From a virus, in IMG/VR virus record IMGVR_UViG_3300028654_000009: DNA of 64,000 nucleotides; one strand, 5' to 3'. Position 1 is the first letter of the stretch. The number at the start of each line of letters is the position of its first letter. Made by a program: the position numbers and the translations under genes. Below are positions 37,120 through 47,141 of the stretch, piece by piece. Below the pieces are notes generated by a model, which searched no databases, had not been told where the DNA came from, and saw only the letters and a program-made list of their open reading frames with translations.

Positions 37120-38427
37120 ATGGAAAACACGGCGCTGCTCACCTTCGAGATTCAGACGGGCGATTTCCGGGCCTTCACCTTCGAGTTTGCTAAGCTGGCC
37201 AAGAAGGCCGCCAAGCTCGGTGTCGCTGCCCCCACCTTCACCATCCTGAACGATGAGAAGGTCTATCCTGCGGAGTACGCCCAGTCCGGCCAGCTGATCC
37301 GCCCGGGTCGGGTGGTCAAGGTCATCGAGGTCTCAGGCCAGGCCCCGAAGATCGCCGGCTGGAACTTCATCGCCACCCTGCAGCACGAGGAGGCCGGCAA
37401 CATCGTCCGCCGCGTCCCCAACACCGAGAAGTTCGCGGTGGGCTTCGACCTTCGGTCTGCCAAGCCTTTCTGCAATCACTGCAACACCCTGCGCCGCCGG
37501 AACGACACCTACGTGGTGGCCAATGACGAAGGCCGCACCCTGCAGGTCGGCCGCAACTGCTTGAAGGATTTCACCGGCCACGATTCGCCGGAGGCCATTG
37601 CCCGCTGGGCTGAGCTGCTGAGCGCTTTCGAGGAATCTCACCGTGACGGTGGAGAGGGCGGTTTGGGGGGCTCTGGAGAGAACCACTCGGACCTGGTGTC
37701 CTACCTCGCTTACACTGTCCTGTTCATCCGTGAGATCGGCTGGATGAGCCGGACCAAGGCCCGCGAGTTCGGCAACGTCACTGCAACGGCCGATTCTGCC
37801 TGGAGCCACCGCTTCCCCTCCGACAAGCTGCGCCGCGACTACAGCAATGCCGGCCTCCCCTTCCCCACCCCGACGGACGCGGACGTCGAGAAGGCCAAGA
37901 AGTCCATCGAGGTGGCCGAGTCTTTCTTCGAGTCCGAGGAGGCCGCCGGGCGGGTGCTGGAGGATTACACGCACAACCTCCGGATCGTCATCGAGTGCAA
38001 CAGCGTGTCGTTCCGCTCGGCCGGCCTGGCCGCTTCCGTCGTCGCTTTCGCGGATCGCCAGCTGGGGATCGCGGTCGAGCGCAAGCAGGCTGCAGAGTCG
38101 CAGCATGTCGGCGAGATCGGGAAGCGCGAGACCTTCCTGCTGACGGTCAGCCGCATCACGGACATCGACGGCAACTACGGCACCACCCACCTCCACATCT
38201 TCAAGGACGAGAAGGGCAACGTTTTCAAGTGGTTCGCCTCGAATGAGCGGCTGGACGTGGGTGTCGCCTACCGGGTCAAGGGAACCGTCAAGGCGCACGA
38301 GGATTACAAAAATACCCGCCAAACGGTTCTGTCTAGGTGCTCCATCAATGAGCCTGAGAAGGCTCCGAAGGTCAAGAAGCCCCGCAAGGCGAAGGGCGAG
38401 GTCGTTTCGGAGGATTCCTCAAAATAG
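37120..38427 (+). CDS. phage protein with Zn finger and C-terminal OB-fold-like domain
   Basis: CNHC..RRR..TY...QVG..C; HVGEIGKR...KGTVKAH..Y....QT.L.R. Confidence 0.75.
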   Translation: MENTALLTFEIQTGDFRAFTFEFAKLAKKAAKLGVAAPTFTILNDEKVYPAEYAQSGQLIRPGRVVKVIEVSGQAPKIAGWNFIATLQHEEAGNIVRRVPNTEKFAVGFDLRSAKPFCNHCNTLRRRNDTYVVANDEGRTLQVGRNCLKDFTGHDSPEAIARWAELLSAFEESHRDGGEGGLGGSGENHSDLVSYLAYTVLFIREIGWMSRTKAREFGNVTATADSAWSHRFPSDKLRRDYSNAGLPFPTPTDADVEKAKKSIEVAESFFESEEAAGRVLEDYTHNLRIVIECNSVSFRSAGLAASVVAFADRQLGIAVERKQAAESQHVGEIGKRETFLLTVSRITDIDGNYGTTHLHIFKDEKGNVFKWFASNERLDVGVAYRVKGTVKAHEDYKNTRQTVLSRCSINEPEKAPKVKKPRKAKGEVVSEDSSK

Positions 38428-38458
38428 TTTTTGACAACTCTCAAAATCGGAGTACAGT
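38418..38458 (+). promoter_or_regulatory. sigma70-type early promoter (repeat family)
   Basis: TTGACA-actctcaaaatcggag-TACAGT; ATG 6 nt later. Confidence 0.85.
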
Positions 38459-38464
38459 AAGCAC

Positions 38465-38707
38465 ATGTCAAACATCAATCCTTACGGCGTCGATTTCCAG
38501 GCCTTCACCGAGCGCCAGGCCGTTAGCTGGGCCTGCGGCACAATTCAGAAGTTCGCCCCATGGTTTCGGGTCGAGTCCGTCGAAGGCGGATGGACCCTCT
38601 TCTGGATCGGTCATGACCACGATCAGTGGGACGGGGGCGTGCTGGACCTCGCCGGCCTCGTCAAGGTCGCAAAGTCAATCATTGACGCCTGGAACAGCGT
38701 CAGCTAA
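38465..38707 (+). CDS. hypothetical early protein
   Basis: Leaderless-type start; 80 aa. Confidence 0.65.
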   Translation: MSNINPYGVDFQAFTERQAVSWACGTIQKFAPWFRVESVEGGWTLFWIGHDHDQWDGGVLDLAGLVKVAKSIIDAWNSVS

Positions 38708-38730
38708 CCTCGTCCCCAAGGAGAACCCCC

Positions 38731-38970
38731 ATGAAGAAGCCCATGAAGAAGCCGCGCAAAATCACGACCTTTGAGGCAGAACTGATCGAAAAGGTGGAAC
38801 AAGCCGAAGAGCGCCTCGTGGGCGCCTCCAAAAGGTTTTCTGACGCTGTCGCGTTTGGTGGGGACGTTGACCGTCTCCGGGCACGGCTCGACGTCGCCCT
38901 GGCCGAATTCGAGAAGCTGTCCAGTTGCCTCGACGGTATCTTCCCCCTCGAACCGGGGGAGGTCCGCTAA
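38731..38970 (+). CDS. hypothetical coiled-coil protein
   Basis: AAGGAG RBS; 79 aa. Confidence 0.65.
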   Translation: MKKPMKKPRKITTFEAELIEKVEQAEERLVGASKRFSDAVAFGGDVDRLRARLDVALAEFEKLSSCLDGIFPLEPGEVR

Positions 38971-40289
38971 ACCACCCAGAGCTGGTTGATTGCACTGTCG
39001 GCGGCCGTGAACCCCATAGCCGCCTTCAGTGCGTCCAGGCGCTTTACGCACGCGCGGGGGTCAATCCCGAACCTCGACAGCGACTTATACAGCGCCTCCG
39101 TATCGAGCCCCTTGACCCACGTGGACAGCTCGACCTCAACCTGGTGGTTCACCCGGGGCATCGACTTAAGCTTCGCGTCAGGCGTGAAGTCCTTGAATTC
39201 AGCCGGGGCAAGAGCCCTGAGGTAGTACGGCGTAAACGAGCTTTTGTCGTGCGCCGGGTCGAAATTCTCGCCGGCAAAAGCCGAACCGTGGTCAATCAGC
39301 TTGACGTCGGCGCCCCGAAACATCGTGTTGCCGGCGTTGCTGTCAGCGTTCCCGAGGATGTAATCGACCGCCGCCCACTTATGAAGCGTGCCGTCATGGC
39401 GGTAAATCTGGAGGGCCTTCCTGGCAGCGTTCGGGTCCTGGGTTTTTAGCTTGTTGCCATCGACATAGTCGCCCGACAGCATTTTCTGGACCGCGTATTC
39501 GCGCCCGTCGATCATCAGCAGGTAGCACTCGGGGTAGTAGGCGCCAAGTCCCCAGGAGGCCACCACGTCGTAAAAAGCCGCTTCCCGGCGAGACTGGGTC
39601 GCCGAGGTGTCGCTCTCGCCGGCAGCCGGATTCTGGCGCCCCGACCCAGGCTTGAGCAGGTAGCGCCCGTGGTTTTCTTTGTCGTAAGCCACCAGGGTGC
39701 CCTTCGAGTGCTTCCCGCCGAGCTTGATGGGGGTTATCTCGTCCTCGGACGATGCCTGCGCTACGAGCTTGGCGAACTTGACGCCGCCCTCCGTCATTGC
39801 GGCCACGTCCTTGAATTTGACGGGCTCGGGGTCTTCCGACTTCTTCAGCCCAGAGAGCCGGAGGTAGTCTGCAAGGCCCTGGCGGGTTTCATCGCTGGGC
39901 TCCAGGCCGCAGGCCATGAGCGCAGCGTCCACCGGGTCGTCGTCGCAGTGGACCCTGGCGGCCCGGACCTCATCGGGTGAGGGGGTAACCCCCGAAAGGA
40001 ACGAAGCGGCCCGCAGGCAGTCAGCCAGGTTGGTTTCCTGGCCATGTAGCGCGTCCTCTAGGTTGCGCGGTGGAGTCACCTCGATGTCGCCAGAGGGCTC
40101 GTTCTCGACCCAAGCGGAATAAGCCTGGGCCTGGTCGAGGCCAGGCACCAGGACACTCACAGGCGCGTGCTGGCCGTACTTCCTTGTCAGCCAATGGTAA
40201 GCATGCAGGAGCTGTTCACGGACCTCGTCCTCGTCACCCTCGTAAGCGTGGGTGCAGTCCTGATAGTGCTGCTGGACGATGACTCGCAT
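38967..40289 (-). CDS. PI3/4-kinase/HipA-like kinase-domain protein
   Basis: YLLKP, REAAFY, DYILGNADSNAGN, LIDHGSAF; LKKSE precedes the kinase domain; TAATG-coupled start. Confidence 0.8.
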   Translation of the reverse strand: MRVIVQQHYQDCTHAYEGDEDEVREQLLHAYHWLTRKYGQHAPVSVLVPGLDQAQAYSAWVENEPSGDIEVTPPRNLEDALHGQETNLADCLRAASFLSGVTPSPDEVRAARVHCDDDPVDAALMACGLEPSDETRQGLADYLRLSGLKKSEDPEPVKFKDVAAMTEGGVKFAKLVAQASSEDEITPIKLGGKHSKGTLVAYDKENHGRYLLKPGSGRQNPAAGESDTSATQSRREAAFYDVVASWGLGAYYPECYLLMIDGREYAVQKMLSGDYVDGNKLKTQDPNAARKALQIYRHDGTLHKWAAVDYILGNADSNAGNTMFRGADVKLIDHGSAFAGENFDPAHDKSSFTPYYLRALAPAEFKDFTPDAKLKSMPRVNHQVEVELSTWVKGLDTEALYKSLSRFGIDPRACVKRLDALKAAMGFTAADSAINQLWVV

Positions 40290-40489
40290 TACTCGACCTC
40301 GACCGCCAGGTCCTGTGCGGTATGGATGCGTCGCAGCACGTCTTGGATGGAGGTGGGGTTGTGGCCGGCATTGCGCGGGTGTGTCATCGCCCAAGGAAAC
40401 TCCAAAAGAAGCTGGGCGACGATCTGCTCGGGCTCCCCCCGGAAGGTTTCGACTTCCTGAGACCAAATATTTGTAATCTTGACCGTCAT
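40289..40489 (-). CDS. small protein resembling the N-terminus of the downstream kinase protein
   Basis: TAATG coupling at both ends. Confidence 0.65.
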   Translation of the reverse strand: MTVKITNIWSQEVETFRGEPEQIVAQLLLEFPWAMTHPRNAGHNPTSIQDVLRRIHTAQDLAVEVE

Positions 40490-43400
40490 TACTCTAACGC
40501 TCCCAGACTTTCGTACTCGGGCTGCTCGCCCTGCTCGCCCAGCGGGTCATACCATTTTTTATCTTTTGGTTTTCGGTACTGGTCAATATCTTGGAATCGC
40601 TTTTCTGCGTCCGCCATGACTTGCTTTTTGTTGAACCGATTTGTCTCAAACCCGGGGATGACCTCCTGGGCCCCCTCATTATAGTGCTCCGGAATCATAT
40701 TAGCATGCTCACGGAACTTGTCAAGCATTGCTCCCTTGTTTTTATCGAACCAATCCCAGGTCCCCTTCCATGCTTCCGGATTTTCTCCAGGCAATCCGCC
40801 CATAACCAAGGCGGCATTGTGAGTCAACAACCTAGAGTGATCCATAACGGGCCTATGTCCGCCATCGAACAGTCCCCCGTGGTCAATAGCCAACGGCAGA
40901 CCGTTAGGCTGGATCATCAGATTGTTGCTGTGGCGATCTGAGTTGCCCGTTAGATAGTCCATAATGGCAATCCGGCGCATGGCTTCACGTGCCTCCGGCC
41001 GATCGGCTACCCGGCCGGGCTCATAACCCGACCCCACATCACTGAAAGCTTGATGTAGCGACTTTACCCCAGGCTCCATATGTACGACCAAAGCGGGATT
41101 ATGGAGCCTCTCTTGAATATTGCCCTTCCCTCCCGGAATATTGAGCTGGGTGGCATGAACCTTTTGGTGAAGGTGCCCGATCCCGCCGGCATGGTACATG
41201 GCCTGATTGGTTAGCTCATTCCAGGCGGACAGGGGGGTTTGCTGGTTGCTGGCCGGCTTGACCATGTAGCGCTTGCCTCCGTGTTGATAAACGGCCTTGG
41301 GTTCGATATCGCCCTTACCGTCAGGCCCTCTCCCTTCCCACACCATGGTGGGCTCGTGCGTGTTGTTACTGTCGTTCAGGTTCTTCTCAAACGTGTTGAC
41401 GTCATTCTGGTGGGCAGCCGGATGGGCCTTCATCAGGCTGTTGTGAATCATCTTGGCTCCCAAGGTGGCATCGAAGCCCTGATGACCAAACACGCCCATC
41501 AGCTGGTCCTTCCCGCCCGCAAGGGCTTTGGACATCATTCCGTCGTCCCCAAGCAAAGGCTCCAGAGCGGCCTTCCATTTGGGGTCCCGTCCACGCCGAT
41601 GCTCTTCCACTCGCTTGTTGAGCCAGTTGATCCGTTTTTGGAAGCCAGCACGAAGGTTGTACTTCGCGCGCGGGTCGGTCACGTTCTCCAGGCGCTTCTC
41701 GAACGCTTCTTGGATAGGCAGCTTGTTTTCGTCGTACCAGGGCAGTACGTGGCGCGCGTCCCAAGAGTTCAAGCCCGGAATCTGATAGTCCCTGTCTTGG
41801 GGGAACGAACCTGGCCTGTTGTGGCCTGCGGCATAAGAAAATGCGCTGCCGTGATCAATCGCCAAAAGGGTCTTATCGGGCCTTACAAGGAGGTTTTCAC
41901 TGTGTCTGTCTTGATTGTCGATCAGGAAATCCATCAGCTGAATTTTGCGGATGTCCGCCTGGTTCGTAGGCAGGTGGTCCCTTTTGAATGAGGTGTTCCC
42001 AATATCCTTAGCCGGCTCCGCTCGGATTACCTGCGCTGGTACCATCCAATCGCCATACCCATGAGGGGCCGTGAAGGTTTCCTGGTGAAGCCTGCCGATA
42101 CCCGCAGCGTGGTACATAGCCTGGTTGGTGTTTTCCGCCCAGCCCGGCATGAACCCGTGTTTGCTGTAGGGCTTGACAATGAACTTCTGAGCCTTTGCGT
42201 AGCCCTTGACCGGCAGCTTATAGATCATCTTGGGATCGCCGCCCCTTGAAAGCTTATCTATTGTCTTGTCGGCATGGTCATAGATGCCCGAAGACCTCTC
42301 CGGCTTGACATGCGCAGCCATCCCTTGCCGATACGCCTCGACCGAATAATGGTGATGGGGCATAGGTTCTTCTGCTGCTGGATTGGAGAGATGGGGAGCC
42401 TTGACCTCTTCTGCGAAGTCGTTGGCGTTATCAATCACGGCCTTCGCCATACGCAGTTTAGGATACTTCGAATGCCCCCTGACTTTCTCGATGTGAGCCG
42501 CTGCCACCTGAATCGGAAGCGAAGGATCGTCCTGGGTGGCCTCTATCATGTGGTGGAGGTGCTCATCTGTCAGGCGAGGGTCCGCCATCAAGTCTTCATG
42601 ACGGTGAAACACAGGGTTTCCCTCGTGGTCGCGAGTGGAGTGTGCCAACACCCTCAATGCCAGGTTAGAAAGCGGGTGATAGAACGCGGTTTTGTAAACG
42701 TTGTGGTCGGGGTCGAGGATCGCGTTGGCTACGTCAGTTGGATCGGTCGAGTCCATCTTGAGAGCCAGCGAGCGTTCAATGGGGTCCGGGTGCTCAAGCA
42801 GGTGTGCAGCTTCAGAGGGCTCGTGTTTCTTGACATAGTCCTTGAGGTCTTTCTTCCCCTTCCAGCTGAACGCGGGTGTCTTGACCCGGTCGTTGATTCT
42901 TCCGTCTAGGGTGGCTTCGTCTTCTGCAAAAGCTTTTTCGTGTTCTTCGGGCGTAGCTAGTTGAGACTTATGCGGTCCCACAATAGTCTCCCAATGTGGG
43001 CTCTGATAGCCAGGCCCAGCAGGTTTGGTGGAATGTGAAAAATCGTTCTCTTTGGCCCATTGTGCGTTGTCTTCGGCGCGTGGGTGGACGGCGCCCCACA
43101 TCGGCAACATTGCGTGGATATCATTCTGGTGAATCCAGGCTGAAGTGATAGGCCCCTTGTACTCTCGCTTGAAATTATGGAGGATGCTGTACAGCTCTCC
43201 CGGAGGGGCGCCCACAATAGGCGTCCAGGAGGTTTTTCTGTCATGCGACACGTGCGCAGGGCCGACGGCGGATTGAGCTTCGGCAGGAGACATCGCCCGG
43301 TGCATAAGGAATGACCTGGTGCCGTCCGGGTGAACCTTGACTTGGGTTTTCCCAGAAAGCTTGTGGAGGCCCCTGACGCGCGCGGGGCCCTCCATTCTGG

Positions 43401-44523
43401 GGATATTCTCCCTGGTTGGGTCTTCCCTGAAACGCCTTTGATAATCCGGGTCAGAAGCGACTTGCCACCTTGCTACGGCCTGCTCGCCTTGGGGAGAAAG
43501 GTCTTGAAAGGGATCGTAGCTGGGGAGGGCTTTGTTTAGGCCAGCGCCGCTATGGGCGATCGCGTAGGGGCTGTCTCTCGGCAACCTCTCCAAATGGGCT
43601 CCCCCATTAGGGACCACGGCCGACACGGACCCTTCGTCTTCCGCTACATTCCGATAATAATAACCGCGCTTGGCGGCCCCTCTTTTTATGGCGCCCGCCA
43701 TATAACCGTTGGCCCTAAAGTCATCGTGGGCCGACATGGGAGTGTTCGACATAGGGCCCACGATCCTGACAGGGAAGATATCTGGCTTGTGGTTTGGCGA
43801 TATAGATGTCCCGTCTCCAAAGGTGGGCATCGCGGTAGCGTAATGATCTTCTGCCATAGGCCCGCTATTGTATCCGGTCCTCTGGACGCCCCTAGCTTGC
43901 AAGGTCTTGTGGCCGGCGAGCAAGGTCTTCCCATATTCTCTTGTGCCGTCCCAGCTGCCCTCTGCCGGAACACCGATTCTTGCATGCAAAGCCTGCTCTG
44001 CAGCCTTCCGGGTCCCGATATGCAGCCCCACTTTGCCGCCAACTAGCTCACCGCTCGGACTCCCATGCCACCACACCTTTTCCCTGTGGCCGTCGTTAGT
44101 GGCTTTGGCCAGGCCTTCGCCCTCTTCAACGCTGAACAACTGGCGCAGGAGGTTAGCCTCACCAGGAGGCCCTTCGAGGTTTTCCCACACGTCCCTGGGA
44201 ATGCCTTTGAGCACCGGAATCCACTTCCAGGCGCCATCCTTGACTTCCTCGTCAGGGTCATGGGTCGAATGGGCGTCACCTGAGCAGAGAGCCGAGAACA
44301 GGTGGATCATTGCGCCGGACGGATTAACTTCAGATTTGATATGCGTCAGTGACTTAGGGCGCAGGCCGGTCTCCTCGTACAGCTCCCTGGCGGCAGCTAC
44401 CGTTTTGTCTTCGCCCTCGTTGAGACCCCCACCTGGCATCGTCCAGGTGCCACGGTCGGAGCGCTTCCCGAGCAAAATCTCGCCTTTCCCGTTGGTGACG
44501 AGTATGAGAGAAACTTGCTTCAT
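40489..44523 (-). CDS. polyvalent protein: Nudix, two ADP-ribosyltransferase-like domains, helical region, two PI3/4-kinase/HipA-like domains
   Basis: Nudix box GGGLNEGE...ARELYEETGL; WWHGS..GLHIG; HRAMS..TSWT..ETIV; two DRH..N...IDHG motifs. Confidence 0.8.
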   Translation of the reverse strand: MKQVSLILVTNGKGEILLGKRSDRGTWTMPGGGLNEGEDKTVAAARELYEETGLRPKSLTHIKSEVNPSGAMIHLFSALCSGDAHSTHDPDEEVKDGAWKWIPVLKGIPRDVWENLEGPPGEANLLRQLFSVEEGEGLAKATNDGHREKVWWHGSPSGELVGGKVGLHIGTRKAAEQALHARIGVPAEGSWDGTREYGKTLLAGHKTLQARGVQRTGYNSGPMAEDHYATAMPTFGDGTSISPNHKPDIFPVRIVGPMSNTPMSAHDDFRANGYMAGAIKRGAAKRGYYYRNVAEDEGSVSAVVPNGGAHLERLPRDSPYAIAHSGAGLNKALPSYDPFQDLSPQGEQAVARWQVASDPDYQRRFREDPTRENIPRMEGPARVRGLHKLSGKTQVKVHPDGTRSFLMHRAMSPAEAQSAVGPAHVSHDRKTSWTPIVGAPPGELYSILHNFKREYKGPITSAWIHQNDIHAMLPMWGAVHPRAEDNAQWAKENDFSHSTKPAGPGYQSPHWETIVGPHKSQLATPEEHEKAFAEDEATLDGRINDRVKTPAFSWKGKKDLKDYVKKHEPSEAAHLLEHPDPIERSLALKMDSTDPTDVANAILDPDHNVYKTAFYHPLSNLALRVLAHSTRDHEGNPVFHRHEDLMADPRLTDEHLHHMIEATQDDPSLPIQVAAAHIEKVRGHSKYPKLRMAKAVIDNANDFAEEVKAPHLSNPAAEEPMPHHHYSVEAYRQGMAAHVKPERSSGIYDHADKTIDKLSRGGDPKMIYKLPVKGYAKAQKFIVKPYSKHGFMPGWAENTNQAMYHAAGIGRLHQETFTAPHGYGDWMVPAQVIRAEPAKDIGNTSFKRDHLPTNQADIRKIQLMDFLIDNQDRHSENLLVRPDKTLLAIDHGSAFSYAAGHNRPGSFPQDRDYQIPGLNSWDARHVLPWYDENKLPIQEAFEKRLENVTDPRAKYNLRAGFQKRINWLNKRVEEHRRGRDPKWKAALEPLLGDDGMMSKALAGGKDQLMGVFGHQGFDATLGAKMIHNSLMKAHPAAHQNDVNTFEKNLNDSNNTHEPTMVWEGRGPDGKGDIEPKAVYQHGGKRYMVKPASNQQTPLSAWNELTNQAMYHAGGIGHLHQKVHATQLNIPGGKGNIQERLHNPALVVHMEPGVKSLHQAFSDVGSGYEPGRVADRPEAREAMRRIAIMDYLTGNSDRHSNNLMIQPNGLPLAIDHGGLFDGGHRPVMDHSRLLTHNAALVMGGLPGENPEAWKGTWDWFDKNKGAMLDKFREHANMIPEHYNEGAQEVIPGFETNRFNKKQVMADAEKRFQDIDQYRKPKDKKWYDPLGEQGEQPEYESLGALE

Positions 44524-45368
44524 TACAAACTTCCGGTGAACATCCCCAAGCCCATCTGGCGCTGGAGTTTCTTGACCAAGAACTTCCGCTTATCCTGAAG
44601 GATCTTCAACCGATCGTTGAACAAATCAGGACCGGGAGTAGACTGACTCTGGGAAAGCCCATCGATGCTCAAGCTCGCCGAGGTGGACCTCGAATACGTG
44701 GTCGCGAGCATGGCTAGGACTTCCATAGCAGTGATGACGCCGATGAGCTGGTTCACCACGCGAGGAACCATCCCGTCCTTGAAGCCGGTCGTATAGATAA
44801 CCTCGAAGAACGAAGCAATCCAGGGGCGATGTCCGAAGATGGCCATAAACTGCGCTCCGTAGGGCCCTGTTCCAATCTGAGCATAGTTGTTCGTCTGCAG
44901 AGCGATCGTCAAAGGGATGAGATTGAGCTGTCCCTGGTGGAGGTAGCCCACGTCGATCCAGTCCAAGGGAATTGAGTAGATCGTCTGCTCGTTCGATGCA
45001 GTGATGGTGACGGCCTGCAGAGACTGAATAGGCCGATGTCTCAATTGCATGAACCCGAGAGACTCATACTCGGGCTTGTCGAAAGCGAGCTTCTCTTTGA
45101 ACTGCTTAGGGAAGATATCGAACCCGCCGTCGATCTCGGCCAGAGCTACAGCCTCAATGATATACTCCTTGAGTTCTTCCGGGCCTATGTACATGGGCTT
45201 ACCAGTACGCGGATCTTTGACTGCTGAGATAAGGGGAATGCCCCACAGGTGAAGGCGGATAACCTTCTCAGGGGTGATCAGCGGCTCGTGCTGGAGCCAT
45301 ACGCCCTCAATTTTGTTGATGTCGAAAATTTCACCGACACCGTCTTTGCTAGTCGTGTAATCGGCCAT
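44523..45368 (-). CDS. head-tail adaptor/neck protein
   Basis: V.YTTGF, S.SLSIDGLSQS.S motif of SPO1/Twort-type adaptors; follows the capsid gene. Confidence 0.7.
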   Translation of the reverse strand: MADYTTSKDGVGEIFDINKIEGVWLQHEPLITPEKVIRLHLWGIPLISAVKDPRTGKPMYIGPEELKEYIIEAVALAEIDGGFDIFPKQFKEKLAFDKPEYESLGFMQLRHRPIQSLQAVTITASNEQTIYSIPLDWIDVGYLHQGQLNLIPLTIALQTNNYAQIGTGPYGAQFMAIFGHRPWIASFFEVIYTTGFKDGMVPRVVNQLIGVITAMEVLAMLATTYSRSTSASLSIDGLSQSQSTPGPDLFNDRLKILQDKRKFLVKKLQRQMGLGMFTGSL

Positions 45369-45441
45369 TAAAGTCGCGCTCTTTTCTTGAGATTATCGGC
45401 AGCCCACAAGGGCTGCATGTTGGTGTAGTGGGAGGCCTTCA

Positions 45442-45852
45442 TTAGCAGTCGCTCCCGTCAGTAGCAGCCAAGATAGCAGCCTGAAGCACCGCGATTTTCT
45501 GATTGGCAGACTCGGTAAGAGTAATCCTGATCGACACCGTCCCTCGGATGGGGTCAGTGGCCAAGAGAGAAACCTTCCAAATCGAGGGGTCTTGAGCAAA
45601 CGGCTGAACGGCTGCTCGGTTGAACTTTTTATTGCTATCAATGTTCTGAAACTGGATCAGCATAGTCGCCCCTACGACCGGCATGTACCGGAGACCGGCA
45701 GGCTCCCAGCCCTTCGTCAAAGGGAGCTGATCCTTGTCAATCAGCTGGATGTAAACGTCAAAGGGGGTGCCCTCGAATACCTCCACCTGGGTGATGAATT
45801 CGAAGTGATTGATATCAGAAACGTTGCCCAGAAGGCGCGCGCCAAAGTTCAT
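45442..45852 (-). CDS. virion structural protein
   Basis: Beta-rich 136 aa; late motif 5 nt upstream. Confidence 0.55.
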   Translation of the reverse strand: MNFGARLLGNVSDINHFEFITQVEVFEGTPFDVYIQLIDKDQLPLTKGWEPAGLRYMPVVGATMLIQFQNIDSNKKFNRAAVQPFAQDPSIWKVSLLATDPIRGTVSIRITLTESANQKIAVLQAAILAATDGSDC

Positions 45853-45880
45853 GACCTTAGATTAGGCCGAATCTTGATTG

Positions 45881-46300
45881 ATGCGTTATGTCTTACCTTT
45901 GCTGGCGATCCTGCTGACGGCCTGCCCTCCCAAGGCACTTCCACAAGACCCCCAAATGGTCCAGGCGGTCCAGATTGCGTGGAGCTATTACAAGCTCCCA
46001 GGGAAGCCCCCTACGTACGTCCTGATGCAGGGCGCGGCCCTTACGTGCAGGAATAGCCCGGGCACAGAAATGGTTGGCTGGGGATGTAAGGGCGTGGTTC
46101 ACCCAGGCTGCACTTGCGTCGCCGGCACGGAAGACGGGGCGAGCTTTGCTATTGCTCGGGTGGATAATCAGCCGTGGCACACGACTGCAATTTGTCACGA
46201 AGCCCAGCACGCTGCTGTGGGCAACTACAACCATACGCAACCAGCCTGGGACAACCTGTTGCTCCCCTGCCAGGCCGCTCAGACTGCCGCCGGGCTCTAG
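45881..46300 (+). CDS. putative lipoprotein with HExxH motif
   Basis: LLTAC lipobox; ICHEAQH; AATCTT motif 5 nt upstream. Confidence 0.65.
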   Translation: MRYVLPLLAILLTACPPKALPQDPQMVQAVQIAWSYYKLPGKPPTYVLMQGAALTCRNSPGTEMVGWGCKGVVHPGCTCVAGTEDGASFAIARVDNQPWHTTAICHEAQHAAVGNYNHTQPAWDNLLLPCQAAQTAAGL

Positions 46301-46842
46301 TCCTCTTCAGAACTCTTTCGGCTCTCCCAGAATTCTTCGAGTTCTCTGTCCCTTTCGGCCAACGTAGTTCCCAGTAGGTCATCGAGGGCGCCGTCATCAT
46401 AGGTGCCCGTTGCAAGTGCCTTCCCGAAGAATCCACTAACCTCATTTACGAACGCTGTTGGAGACAGCAGCTCCCTTGGGGTGGGCATGGTCCCGGGGCT
46501 GACGTGGTGGAGGCGTTCAAACTTCTCTCCTAGATCAAACCACCACTCAATCTCCTTGCCTAGGTCGATAGCAAGGATGATTTCGAGTTCCATCCCCTCA
46601 CTTATGGCCCCTCCGACGATATAAACAGCAACACGGTCAGAGGTTGCCAAATACGCCTGGGCGGCGATGATTCCTAGCTGTCTGTCCACTTCTTTGGTGT
46701 CGTCTAGAAATTGCGTGTAATACCCGTGTGGAGCAAAGGGCGCTCTCCCCATGCTCAGCTGGTGAGTTGCATACCGATGGCTCTTAAGGATGTTCCCCGA
46801 AACTTCGCCCCGCAGCCTGCTGCAAACGAATACCGTTTCCAT
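46297..46842 (-). CDS. DUF4406/nucleoside deoxyribosyltransferase-like protein
   Basis: VFVCS...G....N, PFAPH..YTQFLDD, ISEGM..EI..A. Confidence 0.7.
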   Translation of the reverse strand: METVFVCSRLRGEVSGNILKSHRYATHQLSMGRAPFAPHGYYTQFLDDTKEVDRQLGIIAAQAYLATSDRVAVYIVGGAISEGMELEIILAIDLGKEIEWWFDLGEKFERLHHVSPGTMPTPRELLSPTAFVNEVSGFFGKALATGTYDDGALDDLLGTTLAERDRELEEFWESRKSSEED

Positions 46843-47141
46843 CAGTTGAGGTTTGGGTTTGGAGGGATTTTGATCCCCTCTTTTTCGAGGGTCTTGATTG
46901 CAAGGTCGTTGGCGCGGCCGTACTGAACTCGGAAGGTGTCAACCAACACTTCACAAGGTAGACCAGAAAATCCAGCTGCGCGGGCGGCCGCAAGGACCAG
47001 AGAAAACAGCGCCAGGAGCGGGTTAGGAGAAATGTCGCCGGCCTTTTCAATCAACACGGAGGAGTTCACGCCGGCTGTCTTTTCCCAGCCTTCCGGTAGC
47101 AGATCCTCCAACGAGTGTTTCTCAGAATCGTCTTTAGGCAT
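46842..47141 (-). CDS. hypothetical protein
   Basis: Late motif 5 nt upstream; TGATG coupling to the next gene. Confidence 0.6.
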   Translation of the reverse strand: MPKDDSEKHSLEDLLPEGWEKTAGVNSSVLIEKAGDISPNPLLALFSLVLAAARAAGFSGLPCEVLVDTFRVQYGRANDLAIKTLEKEGIKIPPNPNLN

